NCBI GenBank assembly: GCA_951406725.2
Contig: OX597825.1
Span: 64,790,001 to 64,854,000 of the forward strand
Reading direction: 5' to 3'
Source: Octopus vulgaris
Lineage: Eukaryota
Length of the DNA: 64,000 bases
The notes under the pieces were generated by a model. It had not been told where the DNA came from. It worked only from the letters and a program-made list of their open reading frames with translations, and did no database searches. The translations under genes were made by a program, and so were the position numbers. Positions 54,413 to 64,000 of this stretch are shown here, piece by piece; position 1 is the first letter of the stretch, and the number at the start of each line of letters is the position of its first letter.

Positions 54413-54555
54413 GTAATGTGACAATTATGTATAAAAAAACATTTTTGAATTCATAATATCCAATGTGACAATTATGTAAAAAACTTTTTTGAATGCATAA
54501 TATTCAATGTGACAATTATGTAAAAAACTTTTTTTGAACCCATATTATTCAATGT
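54413..54555. repeat. ~43-bp tandem repeat, three copies
   Basis: aatgtgacaattatgtaaaaaactttttt gaa..cataatattc; merges into the right inverted-repeat arm. Confidence 0.85.
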
Positions 54556-54694
54556 TTCCTTAAATGTAACTTTTGACAATTTTTTACCAAAGAGTGAAAC
54601 CGGTTAAGTAAATAAACATCGTTTAAATTGCATTTTCAAACCTTTTTTCTTATATAATCCCACTCGTGCGATACCCCACAACTCAACTTTTATA

Positions 54695-54741
<47 letters not shown>

Positions 54742-54758
54742 CGCTTTTCCAATAGAAC

Positions 54759-54802
<44 letters not shown>

Positions 54803-57164
54803 TGCATGCACACACCACGCATACTGAAATTTGTATACACATTTACGCACAAAAGTATATAAATGTATATGTATGTATGTATTCGTGTGTATGAACGTTT
54901 GTATGCACACATGCGTTCAAAAGATCTCTACAAGGCGCCATAGCAAAACATTATAATACTGTGAGCAAAATATAAGTACCAGACAAAACAGTTGATAAAA
55001 CTTCCACGATATAGAATTCCACCTAAAAACTAGATTAGCGATGAAGCTTTAGAGAAGCGAAATAGAAAACAAATATCAAGAAATAAAGCACAATAAACAA
55101 AGCGAGAAACGATGATTTAACACTCAAAGAATGCTAAATGCGGCGTTGATGATTTTATCAGTCGCAACATCATTCCTGCCATCTACTAAAAGCGCATCAG
55201 CTTTTGCCCACTATCATTATAACTTTAAGGTAACGTTAGAAGTTCTTGAGATGTCAATGAACTGAGAAATATTATTGTTCTAAACGAAACATAAACGACA
55301 CATAAAATATATTAAAAAAATCTTCGCAAACAACAACAGTAAAAGAAATAAAAACATCCATCACATTTGAACATTGTCATATCTTTAACTCTATATCCTT
55401 GAAAACTGTTACATGTATACATTTTTGTGTCTGTCTGTATGTGTATATATATGTGTCAAACGTACGTATGTATATATGACATATGTATATATATGTATGT
55501 ATATATATATGTATATAAATATATGTTACATACACACACATATGTATACACACACACATATTTATATATATGTATGTATGTATATGTATACACATTTATC
55601 TGAGTGTTAGCATGGGTGTATGTGATATCCATCGTTGTGTATTGTTTTGTTGTTGTCTGTCAATGTATAATATTCTTAGCTATATTAAAATCTGTGTGGG
55701 TTCCTGTCTGTGCACACACCTAATTGAGTGATAAGTAATCACACTCTGACATCTTTTCGTTGCTGTGTGCTACAATGGAAAACTAGAAATACTTTGAATA
55801 AATTAATAAAAACAGTAGCCAAATTATGAAGAACAAACCATCAAAAAGATGTATTGAAAGAAATGCACAATTGAGCGGTAATATATTTATAGACTAGACA
55901 CCCGTTATGATATTTGCATTTATTACCCCAGACAATTATCAATCACTAATTACTCACTGAATTCAAGAGATATGGGTGGATGTGGTGAAACCGAGAGAAG
56001 AGTTCGCTTGATTAGATAATTAGAAAATTGATAACGTTGTCAGTGATGCTCTAAGAATACACAATGCGAATTGTTTACCATCTTAGACAGTGCCTTTAGA
56101 AAGCTAAAGGCAGACAGAAGAGACAAGGAAATTATGTAGCAACGCCTGACGAATGAATATTACGAAGAGATTTAGTGCAAACACCTACATTTCGTTAATA
56201 GCATCTACTCGAAATAAAACAAGACGAAGAATATAAACGAAGAAACATATATAAAAGATAAAATGTAAAGAAAAAGAAGAGTTCTTCAACACATCTCCCC
56301 ACCAACAATCCCAACATCGTATAAAGGAATCGTACATTTATATATATATAGATTTGGCGATGTATGGTATACACTTTTCTTCTGCGCTGGTGACTTTGCT
56401 GTGTCTCGTTTATGTATTTTTGTTTCTTAGATGGCTCTACAAGAATGTCTACAGAAATAAATCATTTAAATGAAAACGTTAATTGACTGCTAAATAAGAC
56501 TTTGATTTTTCCCGCTGTTTCTCTCTTTGCTTACTTGTCTCCTACATGACAAAAATAAACCTCACTCGCAGACATTGCGTTATTTCAATTCCATTGACAT
56601 TGAGAAATGGTTCCACAGTTTACTTACTTTCATATATATTTATCCCATTCCCTGTACTGCTTCTCCAGCTTTCTTACTTTACGTCTTTTGGTTTCTTAGT
56701 TTTTATTCTTTGCTTCTATTTATTTTTACTCCGTTTCATTCCTTCAGTCTCTTGTTTGGCAGTATTCTTCAACTTTCTTCACCACATATCTATATACTTA
56801 TCTAATTTTACGCCTTCTTCATTCGCGTTTTTGTACGTCATTGTTTCATTCAAATTCTTTTGGTTCTTTCTTACTAGATAGCTACCATTCGGACTATTAT
56901 ATATATATATTATATTTCTATATAGTTTCTCCTTTCTTTTCTCTTTTCTTCTTCGTTCTTTCTTTCGTAACATTTTTCTTCTTGCTACGTTTAGGTATCC
57001 AACTACAATTTCCGCTGGGTAACATTAATCTTCTTATACTATTTCGAGACTATTAAATAATATTCTCTTTATTATTAACGAACATCACTACAAGAATATA
57101 TATATACATTACGTAACAATTATCTAAACTTAGCTTCTCAAAAGCAGAAATAATATCAGCTTGT

Positions 57165-57455
57165 TTATGAATATAGTCGTTCAAAACTAGCATGAAATGG
57201 TGTGCAAACAATTTGCCTGATATAGCTTTCATTTTCTGAGATTTTTGTCTCCTGATGATTGACCGGAAGTAAAGCATCAATCTTCGGATGTTCTTCATCC
57301 TTCGCTATTTTTCTCTATTCGATAATGTTCTTGCATCTAAGAAAGAGACATTTAATGGTTCTTAATCGCTTGCAGATGATTATTATATAATGGTAGCACT
57401 CATGTATATAATTTTATCCAGTAAATATCTTTCTATTGATATTCACTGCCATGCT
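57165..57455 (-). pseudogene. Decayed LINE ORF2 C-terminus (Rex1/Babar- or L2-like)
   Basis: Frameshifted ..ERYLLDKII.MSATII..RTLSNREK/IAKDEEHP..LLP.. resembles the KII..RTL.K..I..D.SHP motif. Confidence 0.4.
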
Positions 57456-57772
57456 ATGTACTGATACACAAATGAGAGAGGTCCTTGGTGGTTGCCTTCT
57501 AGCGTTTTTTCATGATGAAGTCTTACCCCTGTTTCTCTGTAGCTGAAGAGTGATAGAAGTAAAGATTTTCATGTGTTGACAATGATCAGATGATGTGTTT
57601 CACCACTCAGACAGGAAAGAAAGGGCAGCGCCATGGCTTCTTGATCAAGGGTGCCAGACCATTATTCTCAATCAGGCTACCAGTCCAGGATATAAAGGTG
57701 TGAAACAGTAGTTGTTAATGTAATCCGATATATAGACATAGGTACGTATATACATACGTACATTCATACATT

Positions 57773-57855
<83 letters not shown>

Positions 57856-57869
57856 GCTATGATAGATCG

Positions 57870-58037
57870 CTAGCCACTACACATTCTTTATTTTCTCTCC
57901 TTGATTCTTTCTCTGTTCCTTTCTGTGAAAGAGCGTAGGCTCAAAACGTTAAAAACTTTTTCACTTCCCGAGCGCTATACTAATACACCTGTTTGTTGTC
58001 TACACCACCTGCCTTCGTATCGTTTTTGTGAATCCCA

Positions 58038-58040
<3 letters not shown>
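57870..58040 (+). mobile_element. Penelope-like remnant with degenerate HHR (57919-57954) between two (TA)n tracts
   Basis: cttt CTGTGAA a gagc gtag gctc AAAA cgtt aaaa; collinear with 28230-28385. Confidence 0.65.
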
Positions 58041-58096
<56 letters not shown>

Positions 58097-59700
58097 AAAC
58101 CAGTAATCATATCGGTAAAAATATGGAGTCCGGTGTCTTCCTCAAAATCTATTTCGTTTTATTTTATTTTACAACGTTATACAGCATATGTTTATGGTTA
58201 CGATGACCTACAGGTGTTTCTACTGCACAGAGTATGGGCAGTTGCATGTGCGAACGAGCATAATTTTGTGTGCAGCTACGTTCAGGGTTTTCAACCAAAT
58301 TGGCTGCAAGCGTGCTGAATTCAGTTAGTTGTTTATTAGTTAGGGTCTGGTGGGAAATGAGGGAAGGTTGTTTTGAATCGGAAATCTGATCTGTATGTAA
58401 AAGCGTGTGGGGAAATAAATTTCAAATTTCATATACGTAATAATGGTCTCTAGGGGCTTGTAGAAAAAGCTTTCAATATGGTGCAACAGCAAAACCAGTA
58501 AAAGAAAAATATTGTTACATGATGGCGAGTGAGTACTCGAAATCAAGTGCTATCGATAAGTAGGCGGAATTTAAGTCAAAACGTAAAGAGCTAATATTCA
58601 AACAATTATACTTATCCACTGCCCTCATCCTGTTTTCCGTATTTCTCGTATCGGAAAAGAAAAGGGGAGACTTGGTCTCTGAATTACCAATTAAAAGAAC
58701 TTGCAATATTTTACTACTCCTTCAAAAATTAAAAATTATATGCATTAAAGAAATGTAAGGATATTTGTTGCTGGAATAGGGCATAGCGCTTCTATGATTT
58801 GAATTTTCTTGTAATTAACTGGTTGATTAAACTCGTTGCACTAATGTCTACAATTATTTTTTGGATAGTCCAAATAGACATATAAACTGCATATGATCAA
58901 ATAATTACATAGTAGAATGTAGACATCATTGCTAATGCTATAATTCTTATTCGACAGTTCAGCCTCTCTCTCCCACACTTTTCTTATTCACTGTTTGTCT
59001 CTCTCTCTCTCTCTTTTCTTCTATTTCTTTCTCTTTCTCTCTATCTCTCGAACTATCTCACTTTCGATCTGTCTCTCTGTCTTGCATGATACCTATATTG
59101 TTCATGATGTTATTATTGATTGTAAAGAAAGTATGTCGTGATGCTATTCTCAAGTGGTTCTTAATTCAAGGAAAAATAAATCCAAAATTTTATTTATGGA
59201 TTTCATTAGTTGAGTGCAATTATTTTCATTAATTGAAAAAAATGCTGTTATAATTAAATAACAATAAAATTATTTTATTTCTAAACAAAGTCATTGATTT
59301 TTAAAATGTCAATGTACTAGATGATTGAAGTTGGTATTGATTTTTAAGGTCTTTTCTGTAAATATTACATCTTATATTTTTTTGATTTTCTTTCCGCTTC
59401 TCAGTTAATTTTATTAAACTAGAAAACATCAAGTGTACATTGTAATAAAAGAGATAATTCTATTCCTCAATTTCCTTCAAGCTATAATAGATATATTATC
59501 GGTTTCGATTGATTATAAAACGTTGTAGATCTCGAATCTTATACTAGCTTAGAATTAGAGAAAATAATATTCAACTGTCCATGAATAAATACACATTTGC
59601 ATACATGAGCATAATGAAAATACTCACTCTCGCGCACATACATAGATATAATATGATATGTGTGTATGTGTTTATGATATATATATATATATATATATAT

Positions 59701-59762
59701 ATGAATATTTACACATATAGATATATTTACATGTGTATGCATATATATAAACATACATACAG

Positions 59763-59795
<33 letters not shown>

Positions 59796-59855
59796 GTATG
59801 TATGTTTATATATATGCATACACATGTAAATATATCTATATGTGTAAATATTCAT
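59701..59855. repeat. Perfect 61-bp inverted repeat with (TA)n spacer
   Basis: 59701-59761 is the exact reverse complement of 59795-59855. Confidence 0.95.
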
Positions 59856-59897
59856 ATATATGTATATATATACATACATACATACATATATATATAT

Positions 59898-60610
59898 AAG
59901 ATACAAAAATGGACAAGAACGCAAAATATACACACAGTTGGGTGATACAAAAAAGGGACAACTGAACAACAAGACAGACGATACAAAGAAAACAAGGACG
60001 GGTCATTCGGAGTTTTCTATCCTCAGTCGAGTTCCAGATTATCTTTGCAATTTCGGCTGGTTATACTCGAGATTGCTCCAATCTGGCCAACCCCAAGGAA
60101 AAACTATTCTATGAGAATTAGATTCTTTGGAAGAAAGCAGCGAATATGTACGAAAACATGGACGGAAAAAATAGGAGAATGTTACAAAAATACAAATGCA
60201 ATTAACAGGACATAACAACAGGTGTTTTTCGACTAAGGACGAATTAAATTAAGCTGGCGTGTGTGGAAGTAAAGCCTTAAGGCAGGGATATATGTTTTAA
60301 CAAGCACAGGGAGGAATATAGATGTTGCGCGGTTGGTAGTTGAACCAAGAAAGAAAGGTCAGGCTTGGCCGAACACCAGTCGCGTGGGGAGATAAGAGAG
60401 AGAGTTAGATGCAGAGGGATAGAATAATTAAGGAAGGGCGAGAAGAAGATGAAAGGGACACAGTGAAGTGAGGGAGGACGGAAAGTGAGCATGACAAGAT
60501 GGCCAGGAAATGTGAAAGAGGGTGAACGAAAGAACGAAGAGTGGAATGAAGGAAGTAAGCGTGAAAGGGCTGGTAGAAAGAAGGAAAGAATGAAAGAATA
60601 GAAAGAAGAA
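59898..60610. mobile_element. Unclassified (TA)n-flanked repeat, longer copy
   Basis: Shares sequence with 33503-33650; purine-skewed; right boundary approximate. Confidence 0.5.
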
Positions 60611-60689
60611 TATATATATAGATAGATAGATATAGATATACATATACATATATATACATATAAATATATATATATATATTTGTGTGTAA

Positions 60690-60736
<47 letters not shown>

Positions 60737-61084
60737 TGTGTGTGTGTGTGTGTGTGAGAGTGTGTAAATGTATATATATTTATATATATATATATATATA
60801 TATACATTCCTGTCACAACTAGAACCTTGAAAACTGCTTAAATGCAAGAAAGTATACTAGTCCCTAAATATTTGATATTCAATAAATAAGACAGTGAATA
60901 CTTCATTTCATTTTACTATCCTTAAATTCTTAAAATTGTTTTAGCCCGAAGGTCGCGGCCATGCTGGGGCACCACCGCTATATTCTACATTAATATTATA
61001 AAGAATATGAATAAAACAAAAAACAGACAGAGTTGGAATTCCTTTGAATAATATATATCCCTCTATACACAATCATACAAACCC

Positions 61085-61153
<69 letters not shown>

Positions 61154-61916
61154 CATATAAATATATATAAGTCATAGTATAAATAGCCCCCATTGTGCAG
61201 ACAGATCTATTATGATCTGAAGCATTCCAGCCGTGAACATCCGAGCATGCTATACTTAATCGTCTTACGTTTATATATAAATAAACACAAACGCTTATTA
61301 TTCCTCAGTCTGAAAGAGGTTCATTGTTTGTCTTAACTTTTCTGCTTTTATGTATGACTAATACTTGTAATTGTCGTTGATTTCTATTGACACACACTTT
61401 CACTTTCTCTCTCTCTCACACTCACATACATACACAGAAACGTTTCTTTAATCCCCCGCTCTTTTCTCTTTCTTCTCTCTCTTTCTTTTACTATCTCTAT
61501 CTTTTTTGTTCCTTCAGCGATGTTGAAATCCAGTCAAGAAGGATTGCAAGTGATTTGATAGGTTAAACAGTTTATTACAGCATAATTTAGACACAGGCAC
61601 ACACACATATACATACACTCACAACATACATATACTCACGCACAATATATATATATTTTATATACACACACACACACATACACTCATATTTATATTTATG
61701 TATGTATATGTATATATGTATGTATCTGTATCGATCTATCTAACGAAAATGCTATTGTCTCTCAGGTTTTGCTTTTCTACGTACGCCGTGGAATGGAAGT
61801 CTGAACGAAAATATTATATTTGTGTGTGTGAGTGTTTATGTATATATGTGTGTGTTTGTGTGTGTCTGTGTGTCTATGTAATTCTGTATTTTTATCTACT
61901 CGTTTCACTTCATTTA

Positions 61917-62008
61917 TTTAATTTCTCTTTTCCACTTTCTTTTTAGGTAAGTACATCCAAACCAGGAATTCTCTCCTCTTGTTTTTTAAAGTCATCGATG
62001 AGGTAAGG
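61917..62008 (+). promoter_or_regulatory. Candidate recursive splice site with 56-nt cryptic exon
   Basis: tttctcttttccactttctttttAG|GTAAGT, then a second donor GAG|GTAAGG at 62002/62003. Confidence 0.45.
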
Positions 62009-64000
62009 TGCATATGCATATATATATATATATATATATATTCATAAGAAACTAATCAAAATATTTCCTTTAATTCAATTACGAGAAAAAAGAAACGATA
62101 GTCAACTCTTTTCGAAATACCTGTAACTCTAAGACAATACTGTAATTTATCGATTTAAATTAATCTTTGAATAATCTTCTGTATGAATATATCAATGAAT
62201 CTTTCTATTATTACATGTATTCATCTAACAATCTAACAATCTGAAAATCCGTATTCGTATTTCTCTGCCTGGTTGTGTATATGCATGTTTGTGTGTATGT
62301 GCGTGAGTGGCAATTGTGTGTGTATCTTCTATATGATTTCTAAATAAACACATCAGACGCTGCTAAGCGTGATGCCGCCGTGAAGTAAAAAAACAAACAA
62401 AAAAAAACCAGAGAGATAGCGAAATTGCAAGTCTCTGAAATAACTAAACAGTGTCTTCATTGAAATGTCTACACAATACCCTGACAAAATAATATGGAAA
62501 TAATTATACATTAAAAATAGATAGAATAGATATTTATGAAACGCTTTATATTTAATTTTAAATATTTCGAATCATACACCTACTGACGTTTCATTTGAAA
62601 ATCAATGCGAGACATTACAAGATATTCAGGCAGCAATAGAAAACTGGCCAAATTGAAAATGATTAATTTCTTTTTACACTGACACAATTTACTCCTTAGA
62701 GACACGTAGTTTGTATGTGCACAGAATTTGTATATTTCCTAACAGTATGCAACCTTCGTTCTAATGCGAATTAACATTTCAGAACTTACCATACATCAGA
62801 TGACCTTATGTAGATTTTATATCAGTGGTTCTAAACGTTTGTTTGTGCAGCAAGGACACTTTACAAACGCTTCTTTTTAGCGTTTTGCCCGTAACATAAA
62901 GCAATATTTTAGTTAAACACGAGCTACCTTTGCGCAATTGTTCTAATAGATACGAATCCAATAGTTATCTATTCTTTAGATATTCGCGCAGACTAGTTCC
63001 TCTTATGTTGAGAATATGGGGGAAATTAATAAAGAAGATGAAGTCGTATATTTAAATAAGGAAATGTGGCTCTTCATCAATCATGTGCACAACTGATAGA
63101 AAAATCCTCCGCATATTTTTCTATGGACAACATTCAATTTGTTTTCAAATGTGTTAAAATAGTAAAATAATGTAGTGTACCCGGTTCATATATTACATTT
63201 CTAAGAAAAATAAGGATCCTTTGAAGCAACTAACTCCCTTGTCATTTACAGTGCATTCGTGAGCGAACAACGCCCACCACTGTTGCAGATGGATATCAAT
63301 TAACTGGAGGCCACATTGCATACTGGCATATTGTATACTGATATATCAGCTGCTACAAACAACAACGTCAGCAACCAAACAGTTTTACAATTTTGTGATG
63401 AAATTCTGAGAGAATATTAAACGAGAAAATGTTTTACGTTCGAAATATTTAATAAATTATTTTCCTTATTGTCACTGTATGTAGATATTTTTCCCATCTG
63501 TTTTCTCTTTTTTGTTGTGCAAGGAATTTATTATTGATTCCAGTTTGTAGCCATATTGTTATGTATCTCTGAAGGTCAATTATCAGGAACGAATAAATGG
63601 TGACTGTCATAGTTATACTTCACCGAACCCTGAACTCAGATATTAAACTGGCTAGGAATTCTATTATTCTATAAGAGTCAATTTGATTGATCAACAAGTT
63701 TGACTCTTGTAAAGAGAAGAATTTCTTTCATTCTCAATACCATTCTACATTGGAATTTTAATTAGGATAGCTACGAAGTAGCTAAGTATAACCAAATTAT
63801 ACAAAGGAATTATATTTCTCACAAATTTAAATGGAGAAGGCCAATAAAATTTGCCTTCATTCCAAAATATGTCGGTGGATCTCCGTCATTCGACGGTGAG
63901 GATTCAGTTTTTCGACGAACTGAATAACCTACTATTAAATTAATGTTGGAAACGCGGAGTATTTTAGAAATATGTATATCTTTAATTTAATTCTTAGACT

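Larger units (their letters stand above)
53413..54637. repeat. Pair of ~104-bp inverted repeats (53413-53516 / 54535-54637), each carrying an HHR-like motif
   Basis: Arms are near-perfect reverse complements; motif actt TTGACAA actttt aca aaagagt GAAA ccgg tt aagt. Confidence 0.85.

Noticed and set aside
58210-58318. C-type-lectin-like WAVACANEHNFVCS peptide
   Set aside because: Short motif only, weak splice context and no partner exons.
60047-60091. Possible pseudoknot or HDV-like ribozyme in the repeat shared with 33.5 kb
   Set aside because: Only a 9-bp hairpin is shared; the second stem is broken in both copies and HDV P3/L3 is absent.
63280-63340. Sushi-like DGYQLTG peptide
   Set aside because: Lacks the conserved cysteines and ends at a stop.

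Overview
Eukaryotic, AT-rich, microsatellite-saturated non-coding DNA, most likely from an Octopus (coleoid cephalopod) genome, judged from recognisable octopus SINE families and the extreme (TA)n/(CA)n load. No intact protein-coding gene is supported; the ORF track is almost entirely microsatellite and SINE read-through. Content: three tRNA-derived SINE lineages, a Merlin-like MITE with an 8-bp TSD, a Helentron-type non-autonomous element, a decayed Helitron PIF1-helicase fragment, LINE remnants, and many (TA)n-embedded Penelope-like remnants carrying minimal hammerhead ribozyme (HHR) motifs, often in fold-back palindromes. Most notable: (1) a complete ~430-bp TSD-flanked non-tRNA retroposon with a strand-specific structured 5' RNA (candidate ribozyme); (2) a 184-bp headless SINE unit that multimerises at one invariant junction, suggesting a circular or self-priming intermediate; (3) hammerheads with recurrent non-canonical cores, including U3:A8; (4) a candidate recursive splice site at 61946/61947. 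Family names are from recognition of motifs, not from database searches.
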